Below are positions 16,511 to 25,941 of a DNA stretch of 64,000 nt, piece after piece (within the stretch, counting starts at the first letter, position 1; every line of letters starts with the position of its first letter). The stretch is taken from the IMG/VR virus record IMGVR_UViG_3300021961_000076, positions 4,287-68,286 of that record. One strand, written 5' to 3'. The translations under genes and the position numbers were made by a program. The stretch is from a virus. The notes below the pieces were generated by a model. It saw only the letters and a list, made by a program, of their open reading frames with translations, was not told the origin of the DNA and ran no database searches.

Positions 16511-16737
16511 TAGTCAAATTTTAATCCGTTCTCAAACATAATCTCACGGAGCTTATCTCTACACTTCTCGTATGTTTCGTATTTGTCTTTACTGTACTCT
16601 TCATCAGGCATATACTTATACTGTGCTCTTAGCCATTGGTCCATTTCCCACAATGTTGATTGTGCTTTAGCACCATTGACTGCTAAATCAAAGTCAATAT
16701 GATCTTCCGGCAGATTAAATTTTAGGATAGCTTCCAT
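16510..16737 (-). CDS. Hypothetical protein
   Basis: 75-aa ORF starting MEAILKFNLPED, coupled to neighbours. Confidence 0.65.
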   Translation of the reverse strand: MEAILKFNLPEDHIDFDLAVNGAKAQSTLWEMDQWLRAQYKYMPDEEYSKDKYETYEKCRDKLREIMFENGLKFD

Positions 16738-17024
16738 AATTCGTAATTACTATTTTGAGTTTTAAACTTAATGTAGTCTTCACGCTGTTCAACAATTTCT
16801 GTAACAGTGGTAGTTTGCCAAGTAAAAAACTGATTAAATGGAGACATAATCAATGAACGATCTACTGCTGGTTCATCGTGTTTGGATTTAAACTTACCTT
16901 TCTCATTAAATTCAACCCACATTACTTCGGCTGATTGTTTGGTTAGTCCGTCTCGTTCACGAACTAATATCCAATTGTTAGGTTGGATATCTACTGGTAT
17001 TTTAATTTGATTTAGTTTGCTCAT
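16722..17024 (-). CDS. Hypothetical protein
   Basis: 100-aa ORF in a tightly packed cluster. Confidence 0.6.
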   Translation of the reverse strand: MSKLNQIKIPVDIQPNNWILVRERDGLTKQSAEVMWVEFNEKGKFKSKHDEPAVDRSLIMSPFNQFFTWQTTTVTEIVEQREDYIKFKTQNSNYELWKLS

Positions 17025-17257
17025 TTGTATTTTCTAATTACTTCAAAGGTTCGTTTCAAATCACTATCAAGATGTATCTTTTGATCTACCCTAACAGGAT
17101 ACCAAGCAATAGTATAACCATGATTAGCATTGTAATCTTCGGGTTGTATTCTATTACCATTTACTTTATGTAGATAAATCCAAGGTATATTACCCATTAA
17201 CTCAAGCTCAATACCAATTTTCTTAAGACGGTTTATAAAAATTTCTACTTCGTTCAT
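17021..17257 (-). CDS. Hypothetical protein
   Basis: 78-aa ORF with ATGA overlap. Confidence 0.6.
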   Translation of the reverse strand: MNEVEIFINRLKKIGIELELMGNIPWIYLHKVNGNRIQPEDYNANHGYTIAWYPVRVDQKIHLDSDLKRTFEVIRKYK

Positions 17258-17269
17258 CTCTTGTTGGTG

Positions 17270-17524
17270 TTAAAGGTTGTACTTTTCTTTCATTCGCTTA
17301 TAGAACTCTGGTGTTTCGGGAGCATACTTTTTAAGCAAATCCAAATAATATTGGTGCTTATATCCTTCATCATCGGTTGTCTCGTATTTGATTAAGTCTC
17401 TTAATCGAGCAGCCACTTCATATCTCTCTGTTTCAACACACCAATCTAATCTGTTTTGCATTAATTGTACAAATACTAAATGAGTATCGTCCAATTCTTC
17501 TTGTAGTTCATAAGGATGTTTCAT
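17270..17524 (-). CDS. Hypothetical protein with a UVR-like helical motif
   Basis: ERYEVAARLRD resembles the UvrB/C coiled-coil motif. Confidence 0.55.
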   Translation of the reverse strand: MKHPYELQEELDDTHLVFVQLMQNRLDWCVETERYEVAARLRDLIKYETTDDEGYKHQYYLDLLKKYAPETPEFYKRMKEKYNL

Positions 17525-17865
17525 TCCTCTGTTGTATTAATTATACCGCCAATAATTTTACTATCAGCTAAATGAGACATATCATTTGGATCGTACTCGT
17601 GAGGTTTGGTTTTAATTAGGTACCCAGTCTCAACTGGTTCAAATGATTCTACAATTACGTTCATTTCATCTCCGTAGATAGTATGAGATAGCATTTGACC
17701 TTTTCTAATAAAAGGACCTCCACTTGGATCTACGTAAATTGGATCTTTAATGTCTTCATCGTATCCAATTCGATGATGCTCAAAATTGCCTTCCCATAAC
17801 ACATCACCATTCTCTTGTTTGGTGAATGTGTAGACGTCTCCGTAACGATTCTTATACTCGACCAT
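17521..17865 (-). CDS. Hypothetical protein
   Basis: 114 aa with NRYGD and VDPSGGPFI motifs. Confidence 0.6.
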   Translation of the reverse strand: MVEYKNRYGDVYTFTKQENGDVLWEGNFEHHRIGYDEDIKDPIYVDPSGGPFIRKGQMLSHTIYGDEMNVIVESFEPVETGYLIKTKPHEYDPNDMSHLADSKIIGGIINTTEE

Positions 17866-17929
17866 TGCGCTCTACTTGTTTAAGAATTGCGTATAACAAT
17901 ACGATAATAATAATTCCTACTAATAACAT
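17852..17929 (-). CDS. 25-aa single-TM peptide (missing from the ORF track)
   Basis: MLLVGIIIIVLLYAILKQVERNGRV*, immediately after the promoter at 17951-17982. Confidence 0.45.
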   Translation of the reverse strand: MLLVGIIIIVLLYAILKQVERNGRV

Positions 17930-17950
17930 GACCTTAATTTTAATTACAAC

Positions 17951-17982
17951 TAAATATACGAATCATCTTTCAGATCTACAAC
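17951..17982 (-). promoter_or_regulatory. Early-type promoter
   Basis: Minus strand GTTG-N-ATTCGTATATTTA. Confidence 0.65.
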
Positions 17983-17983
17983 T

Positions 17984-18205
17984 TTAAAATGCTTCATCTA
18001 ATGTTGCCGGACGGATTTTCTTATAGTAGTTATAGTTCTCTAACTCTTCTTCCGACATCTTAGGTGCTTGAACTTTTTGAGGCTTAGGTTGGAAGCTCTT
18101 AAGCATCTCTGGTCTGTTCTCTTGCACCCAGTGCATATAGCTAGGATCGATCTCCCATACCTCCTGGACTGAATAACCTTTATATTTTCCTGATCTGAAT
18201 TGCAT
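17984..18205 (-). CDS. Small protein with a GKYKG motif (ExoX C-terminal/DUF3820-like)
   Basis: F.SGKYKG.SV.EV...DPSY..W. Confidence 0.6.
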   Translation of the reverse strand: MQFRSGKYKGYSVQEVWEIDPSYMHWVQENRPEMLKSFQPKPQKVQAPKMSEEELENYNYYKKIRPATLDEAF

Positions 18206-18771
18206 TAATGAGTATATTCAATTAGCTCTTCTAACCTCTCTTTCTTAATCTTATTCTTTAAAGAATTAATATAGTAGTCTGCCTCAGCATAATGTTTACC
18301 GAGGTACTCGTAGTACTCTGATTCATTTTTAGCTCTACTGAGATATTTGTTCTGCCATAAAGCATAATCAATAACTGAATGAGTCCAGTGATCGTATTGA
18401 GCATGACCTCGGTTACGTCCAATAGCAGTAGTAGCTCGCTGATAAGCTTTCTTCATACCAAAGAGATTGTGATTCTCTTTAAAGATAGCAGAAGTATACG
18501 TTCCTGATTCAATCCGAGCCTGAGCTAATACGATATGAGGGTACTTAATGTTAAGCTCTTTCATATACCGTATAAGATTCTCCTCTGAGAATTGCTGAGT
18601 GTATACCGTATCATGAGCGACGATAGTAATAGTCTCTCGATTAGTTTGAATACCCGGTGTGATAGAGGTGCTAAATGCTAGTACGGCAAAGATTCCTCCT
18701 AGTACAAGAGCCATCTTTTTGCGGTCCACCTTCTTAAACTGCAAGTTTTGTTTGTCGTAAAAATAAATCAT
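18205..18771 (-). CDS. GH73 glucosaminidase-family peptidoglycan hydrolase with N-terminal TM
   Basis: LAQARIESG, HNLFGMK, Y..W..S..DY, YAEA..Y. Confidence 0.85.
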   Translation of the reverse strand: MIYFYDKQNLQFKKVDRKKMALVLGGIFAVLAFSTSITPGIQTNRETITIVAHDTVYTQQFSEENLIRYMKELNIKYPHIVLAQARIESGTYTSAIFKENHNLFGMKKAYQRATTAIGRNRGHAQYDHWTHSVIDYALWQNKYLSRAKNESEYYEYLGKHYAEADYYINSLKNKIKKERLEELIEYTH

Positions 18772-18774
18772 AGG

Positions 18775-18969
18775 TTATTTTTCAGAATTAAGTCGCTTAA
18801 TACGTTCGTCAATCTTAGAGATTTGACTCTCTAAAAATACCTGGCGTTCTGCCAGTCCGTTCATCTGCTCTACTGTCTCAAAGATAGAAGAATGCAGTTG
18901 ATCAACGACACCAAATAGTTCGTTGAGCAGTTCGGTTCGTTTAATTTCTAACAACTCTTTTCTAGTCAT
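18775..18969 (-). CDS. Hypothetical coiled-coil protein
   Basis: 64-aa ORF after the promoter. Confidence 0.55.
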   Translation of the reverse strand: MTRKELLEIKRTELLNELFGVVDQLHSSIFETVEQMNGLAERQVFLESQISKIDERIKRLNSEK

Positions 18970-18990
18970 AACCGTGGCTTTTCATTTCTA

Positions 18991-19037
18991 TAAATATAAG
19001 AACTAGTTTGCAGTTAAGCAACTTTTTCGTATATTAA
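18991..19037. promoter_or_regulatory. Overlapping divergent early-type promoters
   Basis: Minus strand GTTG-N-TTCTTATATTTA (18991-19022); plus strand GTTTG-N-TTTTCGTATATTA (19006-19036). Confidence 0.6.
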
Positions 19038-19075
19038 GAGAAGATTAACTATTTATTACTATAATATTAAGACCC

Positions 19076-19300
19076 ATGAAAAAAGTACTTCTACTACTCA
19101 CAGGGTTGATCTTGATGGCATCATGTTCAGCCCCACAGGCTCTAGCTACAGAGAATATCTCTCGAGGGCTAAATCGAGAAAGACAGGCTATTATCTACGA
19201 AGATAAAGTCGTAATTATCACTCGAACCACTTTAACTCCAATGGAGTATGCGTTAATGTTAGAAAAGACTCGAGAGAATAGACGAGACTTAAACAAATAA
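19076..19300 (+). CDS. Small lipoprotein; the only credible plus-strand gene
   Basis: MKK, hydrophobic stretch, LMASC lipobox; has its own promoter and terminator. Confidence 0.75.
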   Translation: MKKVLLLLTGLILMASCSAPQALATENISRGLNRERQAIIYEDKVVIITRTTLTPMEYALMLEKTRENRRDLNK

Positions 19301-19329
19301 AAAAAGGGCCTTTTGGCCCTTTCTTTTTT
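19299..19329. terminator. Bidirectional intrinsic terminator
   Basis: A-run, GGGCC-TTTT-GGCCC, T-run, between convergent genes. Confidence 0.85.
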
Positions 19330-19645
19330 AACTCACATCAAACTCTGATGTTTCTGCCTTAATTCCTTTTTCTTTTAGTGCTTTGATTACTGCACCGTGA
19401 GCTTCATAAGGATCTGATTGGAAGTCTATATCAATTCCTAAAATGTCTAGCATTCTTTGAGCTTCTTTGCTATAAAGTTTCTTATCCCAGTTTGTACCGC
19501 TTCCGTCTTTTAGGTAAACGTATACTCCGTATAACATTGTCTTGCCGTCTACGAAAGTAATATCTACTTTCTCTACGTTGTCAGCTGTAATTCCTTCAGC
19601 GTCGTAGGTTCCTTCTAAGATAATATTAGATAATTTCATGTGCAA
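19328..19645 (-). CDS. Hypothetical protein
   Basis: 105-aa ORF preceded by the CTATTTATA motif (19654-19662). Confidence 0.6.
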   Translation of the reverse strand: MHMKLSNIILEGTYDAEGITADNVEKVDITFVDGKTMLYGVYVYLKDGSGTNWDKKLYSKEAQRMLDILGIDIDFQSDPYEAHGAVIKALKEKGIKAETSEFDVS

Positions 19646-19663
19646 AGATTTAATATAAATAGT

Positions 19664-21379
19664 CTATCCGTCACAAGATAAGCAATCCTCTGAAGTACGT
19701 GAACCAATGTCGCCGTTAATGACTGAGTCAGTACGTAGATAGTAAAGAGTCTTAATTCCTAACTTCCATGCAGTCTGGTGTACTAGGTTGATGAACTTAG
19801 GACTGTCTGTAGGATCAAATGCTAAGTTTAATGACTGAGTCTGGTCAATATACTTCTGACGAACTGCAGCCTGTTCTACTAGCGCTAGCTGATTGATCTC
19901 GGTAAAGGTGTAGAAGATTTCTTTGTCTTCTGAAGGCATAATACTTTCAGGTACATTAATAACCGAACCTCTATCCTTCATAATAATATCCCATACCTCG
20001 TCGGTATTGTGCCCTTTGTCTTCTAAGTATTGTTCGAGCACCGGGTTCTTACGAATGAACGTACCCTTACCGCTATTGAACGTATAGATGTTAGCAGGTA
20101 ACGGCTCAATACCAGCAGATACACCTCCGGAAATAGAACTATTGCTAACAGTCGGGGCAATCGCGAGCAAATGCGTGTTGCGCATTCCCGTACCTTTACA
20201 CCATTCTGGTTCTCCATATTCTTCAGCTAATTTTCTAGATGCAGCTTCGGCTTGGGTTCTGATCTGTGAGAAGATTCGGTTTGTCCATGCCGTAGAAGCA
20301 ACAGATACGAATGGCAATCCTTTTTGCTGTAAGAAAGTATGCCATCCTAGAACTCCTAGTCCAATAGCGCGACCTTTTTTAGCTGAGCGATGTGAGCGGG
20401 CAAGTGAATCCTTACCATCAGTCTTATATAAGAACTCTTCCATTACTCCGTCTAAGAAGTAAATAGCAGTCTCAATTAAGTCTGAGTCTTTCCATTCATC
20501 ATACTTAGCTAGGTTTACTGAGCTTAAGCAGCAGATAAATGAGTGGTCTTCGTCTGTATGAAGAGTAATCTCAGTACAGATGTTAGTCATACTAACGTCT
20601 AAGTTATTCTTTATGTATGCTTGAGGATTGTCATTATTAACATTATCCTTAAACATAAGATAAGGTTCGCCTGTCTCTACTCTTGACTTGAGGATTTCAA
20701 CCCAGAGTTCGACTGCTTCTTGATCTCGTCGTTCAAGCTTGCGCATGAACTCATCATCCACCACAACGCATTGGTGTAGGTTGAGACACTGTCTATTTGG
20801 ATCTCCTTTTGGACGTCTGATTTGGAGGAATTCTTTGATGTCTCCATGATTGATATCTAAGTTAACAGAAGCAGCTCCTCTTCTAACTGCTCCCTGATTG
20901 GTTGCAATAATAGTTGAATCGTAGATCTTAGCCCAGGGCACTACGCCTTCTGAGTATCCGTTACCGGTAATAGGTGTTCCTCTTTCTCTAACACGGGATA
21001 GACCAATACCTACACCACCACCTAATGAGGAGAGTCTCATTAGCTCTGCATTTGTTAGACCTATTCCTCTAATGCTATCAGGTGTATCGATGCCAAAGCA
21101 TGAGATAGGTAAACCTCTTTCAGTTCCTGTGTTAGAAAGTACCGGAGAAGCTAGGTTTAACCAGCCCTTCCACATATACTTAAAGAACTTAGGAGCTAAT
21201 TCAGGTCTTTTTAATCTATTAGCTACAGCAGTAGATACTCGCTGATAAGCTTTCTTAGGTGTTTCTCCTGGTAGCAAATAACCTTTTGAGATAGTTGCTA
21301 AGGATAGTTCGTTCATCCATTCAGGAAAATCCTTTCCTGCCTCCCATTGAGAGGAATCTACGTAAATACTATTGTTCAT
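19664..21379 (-). CDS. nrdA: Class Ia ribonucleotide reductase alpha subunit (short, no ATP cone)
   Basis: ASPVLSN, PISCF, GGGVG, TNICTEI, CCLSS, APTVS, TLYY, C-terminal CLSC; start placed at MNNSIY. Confidence 0.95.
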   Translation of the reverse strand: MNNSIYVDSSQWEAGKDFPEWMNELSLATISKGYLLPGETPKKAYQRVSTAVANRLKRPELAPKFFKYMWKGWLNLASPVLSNTGTERGLPISCFGIDTPDSIRGIGLTNAELMRLSSLGGGVGIGLSRVRERGTPITGNGYSEGVVPWAKIYDSTIIATNQGAVRRGAASVNLDINHGDIKEFLQIRRPKGDPNRQCLNLHQCVVVDDEFMRKLERRDQEAVELWVEILKSRVETGEPYLMFKDNVNNDNPQAYIKNNLDVSMTNICTEITLHTDEDHSFICCLSSVNLAKYDEWKDSDLIETAIYFLDGVMEEFLYKTDGKDSLARSHRSAKKGRAIGLGVLGWHTFLQQKGLPFVSVASTAWTNRIFSQIRTQAEAASRKLAEEYGEPEWCKGTGMRNTHLLAIAPTVSNSSISGGVSAGIEPLPANIYTFNSGKGTFIRKNPVLEQYLEDKGHNTDEVWDIIMKDRGSVINVPESIMPSEDKEIFYTFTEINQLALVEQAAVRQKYIDQTQSLNLAFDPTDSPKFINLVHQTAWKLGIKTLYYLRTDSVINGDIGSRTSEDCLSCDG

Positions 21380-21386
21380 CTCTTTT

Positions 21387-22370
21387 TTAGAAAATTGAAG
21401 CGGAATCCCACTCCATGTGACCTTTTGAATAGTTAGTAACTCTGTTAGCGAAGAAGTCTGTGTGCTGCTTACCTGCAATCACCATATCAAACCACTTCAT
21501 AGTCTTGATAGCTCCTTTGTCAATCTCTGAAGAAGGGATGAGAGGCTTGAGACCTAGATCACCCATCTTAGTATTTACACGGTGCTTGATAAAGTTCTTT
21601 AGCTCTTCTTTACCTAGGTTCTCTAGATCACCCATCTCAAATACTTTATCAATAAAATCAAACTCTAGCTTTAAAGCCATTCTAGCTGCTTCTTCGATAT
21701 CAGCAATAAGCTTATCAGTCTTAAGTTCTGGATGTTCTTTCATCAATTGTTTAAATATCCAACAACCTGCCTCCGAGTGAAGTGATTCATCACGAACAGA
21801 CCACTCTACAATCTGACCTACGCCCTTAAGCATGTTTCTCATCTTAAAAGAAAGGAGTACAGCAAAGGAACTAAATAGGTTCACACCTTCCGTAAACGCG
21901 GAAAAAATTGCAAGGCTACGAGCTACTTCATGGTAATCTATCTTTCCGTTGTGACCATCCCTTACATTCATAAGAGATTCAATCTTAGCGTGAGTGGATT
22001 CATCCTCCATAAACTCGGCGAAGTTATCTAAGCCTAACTGCTCATTCAATAGAGAATAAGCTTCGGCGTGAATGGTTTCAAAAGCACCGAATGTAGTAGC
22101 CATCATAATGATTTCTGGCTTACGGAACCATTTTGTTACAAGACCGGTCCAGTAATCGTTTACTACTGTTTCCGTTTGAGCGAAGCCTTTTAATATACCC
22201 CCTATAACGTTCTTTTCGTGTTCTTTTAAGTTTGATTTCCAGTCTGTGATGTCGTTTGCCATCGGCACTTCTGTGTGTAGCCAGTGTGCTTGTTGCTGCT
22301 TTAACCAATACTCATGTGCTTTGGGATACTCAAATGGCTTATACACCACTCGCTCTTGTAATATATCCAT
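21387..22370 (-). CDS. nrdB: Class Ia ribonucleotide reductase beta subunit
   Basis: ETIHAEAYS, EGVNLFSSF, RDESLH, DFFANRVTNY. Confidence 0.95.
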   Translation of the reverse strand: MDILQERVVYKPFEYPKAHEYWLKQQQAHWLHTEVPMANDITDWKSNLKEHEKNVIGGILKGFAQTETVVNDYWTGLVTKWFRKPEIIMMATTFGAFETIHAEAYSLLNEQLGLDNFAEFMEDESTHAKIESLMNVRDGHNGKIDYHEVARSLAIFSAFTEGVNLFSSFAVLLSFKMRNMLKGVGQIVEWSVRDESLHSEAGCWIFKQLMKEHPELKTDKLIADIEEAARMALKLEFDFIDKVFEMGDLENLGKEELKNFIKHRVNTKMGDLGLKPLIPSSEIDKGAIKTMKWFDMVIAGKQHTDFFANRVTNYSKGHMEWDSASIF

Positions 22371-22456
22371 ATCTTTATATAATCCTTAATATGTTAGACA
22401 AAAACAGCCCTTGAGGTATTATCCTCTCGGGCCGTGTTTTATAAATACGGCCGCTA

Positions 22457-23821
22457 TTAGTTTCCTTGTTGTAATTCAAAGAACTTTTTAGCTAAAAGTG
22501 CACGGTCATGGGTATCCACTCCCGCTACATTGGTTGGTTGGACTGGTGCTAGCTCCTCTCTCAAGATATCGTCTGAGATGTCTATATGACCGTTGTTGGT
22601 ATTCACAAGAGCGTTGTAGGTCATACCGTCCATCCCGTAACGATTCTTCATGATGTGAACTCGGCCAGTACCGTTTACCTTGTCTTCTTTCTGTCTTGAT
22701 AGAGAGATTGCTACGTCAGCTACCATTAACTTATCGTAAGAGCCGGCGGCTTTATCTCCTTCAATAACCTGGTCTTTAGCTCCCATTCGGTTGACTTGAG
22801 AAGGGGTTAGGATAGGAATTTTCAGCTCCCTAGCCAATCCTTTTACGGCTACGAATACATCGTCAATCTCATCTTTACGCTCAGTGAATTTCTTTGAAGG
22901 TGCTCTCAAGTAATCAACGTAGTCGATGATAACTAGATCTGCCTTGAAGTCCATATCCTCGCATTTCTGAATGTGAGATTTAATAGTAGTCACTGTAGCT
23001 GCTTTAGGAGCGTACTCTTTTACAATAAGCTTACCTGGGAGTTTAGTTACAATCTCTTCTACTTTAGCTCTATGCTTATTCACCTCATCGATAGAATAAC
23101 CAGTAAAGTAACAGTCAAAACGTTTACCTACATAATCTTCACCAAGCTCTAACGTATAATAGATTACGTTAAATCCTTGCTGAACAGCATGTGCAGCCAT
23201 TGCAACCATCATCCAAGATTTACCACCGCCCGGATTACCAAAGATAATTCCTAAGTCACCAGGACCGAAACCTCCTTGGAATCCTTCATTCAATACTCGC
23301 CAAGGAGTAGGAACGGTTGGGCGGTAGTTCTCTCGGTATCTACTTTCAATATCTTTTAGGTATTCATGCCCGATGTTTTTATCCATCCCTGCTTTCAAAG
23401 CTGTCTCAATCATACCTCTGATAGCATCGTAGTCACCTGCATTGAGTAGGTCAGCACTATCCATCAAGGCTTGCTTGAGCTTCTGGTTCTTACAGAAGGT
23501 AGTAAATTCCTCCTGCACATACTCTAGGTCCTGCTGAGAAGCTTGATATGAATTACGTAACTCTTCTTTAATTGCAGTCTTTAATACCTCGTTATCGATC
23601 TTTACAAGTTCGATCTTAAGAACATCCATTGTAATAACAGTATGGTACTTGTCAAAGTACTGAATAATGTTTTTAAGGATCCACTTGTGAGCGTCAGCAT
23701 CAAAGTAATCTTCCTGAATAGTATCTCGTACGTTGAGAAGAAAAGCCTTATCCGTAAGTAATGAACCTAGTACTTTAACCTGAAAGGGTTTACCGTACTG
23801 TGAGAGCTTAGTAAGCGTCAT
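22457..23821 (-). CDS. Replicative DnaB-like (SF4) helicase
   Basis: GNPGGGKS, YTLEL, IIDYVD, SQVNR, KNRYG. Confidence 0.92.
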   Translation of the reverse strand: MTLTKLSQYGKPFQVKVLGSLLTDKAFLLNVRDTIQEDYFDADAHKWILKNIIQYFDKYHTVITMDVLKIELVKIDNEVLKTAIKEELRNSYQASQQDLEYVQEEFTTFCKNQKLKQALMDSADLLNAGDYDAIRGMIETALKAGMDKNIGHEYLKDIESRYRENYRPTVPTPWRVLNEGFQGGFGPGDLGIIFGNPGGGKSWMMVAMAAHAVQQGFNVIYYTLELGEDYVGKRFDCYFTGYSIDEVNKHRAKVEEIVTKLPGKLIVKEYAPKAATVTTIKSHIQKCEDMDFKADLVIIDYVDYLRAPSKKFTERKDEIDDVFVAVKGLARELKIPILTPSQVNRMGAKDQVIEGDKAAGSYDKLMVADVAISLSRQKEDKVNGTGRVHIMKNRYGMDGMTYNALVNTNNGHIDISDDILREELAPVQPTNVAGVDTHDRALLAKKFFELQQGN

Positions 23822-23826
23822 GTAAC

Positions 23827-24849
23827 CTATTTTTTAACTGTAAGTAAATATCTAAATGTTTCTAACCAACTTTCTGTGTTCTTTGTAATGCCCTGTTCGA
23901 TGTTATCTTGCTTAAGCATTAATATGAACGCCATTATGTTTAATTGTGATGGGCAGTTGTCCATCATATCCAATATAAGATCTTTTTGGGGATCAGACAA
24001 CCTTGGCTCCATTAAATTCATCAAATCGTAATTTTGCCATACTCGGTCGTACTGGTTAAGTACCTTTGCAAAGATTTTAGTCTTTTCAACACCTGCTTCA
24101 CAGACCTCGAAAACATATTCTAATCCAGTTCCAGGCTTATCCACTAAGTCTGGGAAGTGTTTAAAAATACCTTTCGGACCGAGACCCTTAACTCCAGAGA
24201 GGTTGTCTGAATTATCACCCAAAAGCGACTTCATTACCAAATAATTCTCTGCAAGAACTCCTACTTCCTCTTTTACATCAGCCGGACCAAAGACTTTCTT
24301 CTTAGTAGGGGCGTACACCTCTACGTTTTCGTTTACAATCTGTAAAAAGTCTTTGTCTGAAGAGACGATAGTTACTTTGTTATCATTACCGAATTGCTGA
24401 GCAATATAAGCAATAACATCATCAGCTTCTACCTTAGGCATTGAGATCATATCTACAGGTAACATCTGTAAATATTCAATCAAGCGTCCGATCTGATCAG
24501 CCATAGAAGCATATTCATCTTCTTTCTTATCAAACATCTCCCAGTTAGTAATCCGGTTGATATCTCGATTAGCTTTGTAATCAGAGTTGATATTCTTTCT
24601 TGATGCCGACGACCCCGGCCCGTCAAAGACGATCACTACTCTGGTTGGATTAAAAGTACGGGTTAAGAACCCGAGAGACTTTAGAAATCCTACCATACCG
24701 CCGACATGAGCTCCTTGCGGATTCATCAGCCTGATGGTGGTAAAGTTGCGAATGAACGTATTCAGCGCATCAATAACCAGAATGTGATCGTTAACTTTGC
24801 GGGGTGCCGACGGCTGTACTTTATTTAGTAAAGCGTCGTATTTTCCCAT
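23827..24849 (-). CDS. 5'-3' exonuclease/flap endonuclease (RNase H-like)
   Basis: IDALN, VFDG, YKANR, EADDVIA, SSDKDFLQ, GDNSDNLSGVKGLG; start placed at MGKYD. Confidence 0.92.
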   Translation of the reverse strand: MGKYDALLNKVQPSAPRKVNDHILVIDALNTFIRNFTTIRLMNPQGAHVGGMVGFLKSLGFLTRTFNPTRVVIVFDGPGSSASRKNINSDYKANRDINRITNWEMFDKKEDEYASMADQIGRLIEYLQMLPVDMISMPKVEADDVIAYIAQQFGNDNKVTIVSSDKDFLQIVNENVEVYAPTKKKVFGPADVKEEVGVLAENYLVMKSLLGDNSDNLSGVKGLGPKGIFKHFPDLVDKPGTGLEYVFEVCEAGVEKTKIFAKVLNQYDRVWQNYDLMNLMEPRLSDPQKDLILDMMDNCPSQLNIMAFILMLKQDNIEQGITKNTESWLETFRYLLTVKK

Positions 24850-24853
24850 ATCC

Positions 24854-25939
24854 TTATGTGTTGAGGTCGAAATCCATTCCGATGTCTCGGATGTCTTCTT
24901 CCATACTTCCTTCTTCGATAAGATCAAAGTCTACTGAACCTAGTAGTGTTAACCAGCGGTCCTTATGAGCATCTTTGTACTTATCAATTGCTTTCTTATC
25001 ATCATCGATGAATCCGTGTGGAGTCATAACAATGCGTCCTCGTGATTGAATACCGTTGATGTGATTCTTCTCAATCTGGATGTTAGTACGTTTAGCAAAC
25101 TCTACCTGCATACCGCTCTTAATCGCTTTGATCTTAGAGGTTCCAGGGTTAGTAATGTTACCGAACGTTACTACCAGAGTAGCATCGTACCACATCGACA
25201 TACCGCCTTTGTTCTGTAGCTTAGCCATTCCCATCGGTGATTCAGGCTTCATAGTCCAAACCTTATTAATCGCAACCAGAGTGTTGGTGTACTTAGAGCC
25301 TTCCTTACGAGAAAGAAGAATCTTCTGGTTTACGTTATTACCGAATTGGGTAGACATCGCTCCTGCATTCCATTCGTTGTTGTTCTTATTAGAACGTACC
25401 GATAGGTCGCAAGGTACTGAACCAATAGAGTCCCAGAAGAAGCACATGTTATAAGGAAGATCTCCTTGCTTCTGATCATCGATAAGATCTAGGATGAAAG
25501 CAGCTACATCTTCGATGGTATTCATCTGACCTCTATCTGTGTAGATAAAGAAACCTTCGTAGTCTACAATCTCTCCTGTGCTCTCATCAACAACCTCTTG
25601 GAACTCAAGGCCCATCTCACGAGCATGTTCCCAAGACCATTTCATCTCGGTGATAATGAACACCGGCAAGATTCCCATCTTCTGTGCAGAAACAGCTGCC
25701 TCTAGTAGAGCAGTAGTCTTACCGGTGTCACTATGACCTCTTAATAATGTAATATGACCTTCGGGAATGCCTGGGATAGAAGTAATCTCCTGGAAGGCTT
25801 TAGATAGAGGAATCCAGCGCTGCTCCTTAAACTTAATACTGCTATTGGAGAGGCCTTTGCTCTTCTTAAACTTATCCAGGCTAAAACTCTTCTTAATCGC
25901 CGCTTCGGCGTTCTCAGATATTCCTTTTCTTTTGGCCAT
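24854..25939 (-). CDS. RecA/UvsX-like recombinase
   Basis: GHSDTGKTT, FWDSIG, KGG...YDA, IEKNH. Confidence 0.85.
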   Translation of the reverse strand: MAKRKGISENAEAAIKKSFSLDKFKKSKGLSNSSIKFKEQRWIPLSKAFQEITSIPGIPEGHITLLRGHSDTGKTTALLEAAVSAQKMGILPVFIITEMKWSWEHAREMGLEFQEVVDESTGEIVDYEGFFIYTDRGQMNTIEDVAAFILDLIDDQKQGDLPYNMCFFWDSIGSVPCDLSVRSNKNNNEWNAGAMSTQFGNNVNQKILLSRKEGSKYTNTLVAINKVWTMKPESPMGMAKLQNKGGMSMWYDATLVVTFGNITNPGTSKIKAIKSGMQVEFAKRTNIQIEKNHINGIQSRGRIVMTPHGFIDDDKKAIDKYKDAHKDRWLTLLGSVDFDLIEEGSMEEDIRDIGMDFDLNT

Positions 25940-25941
25940 AC

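Noticed and set aside
677-23821. Inteins or introns in polA, nrdA, nrdB or the helicase
   Set aside because: Reading frames are continuous, of ordinary length and lack intein splice-junction motifs
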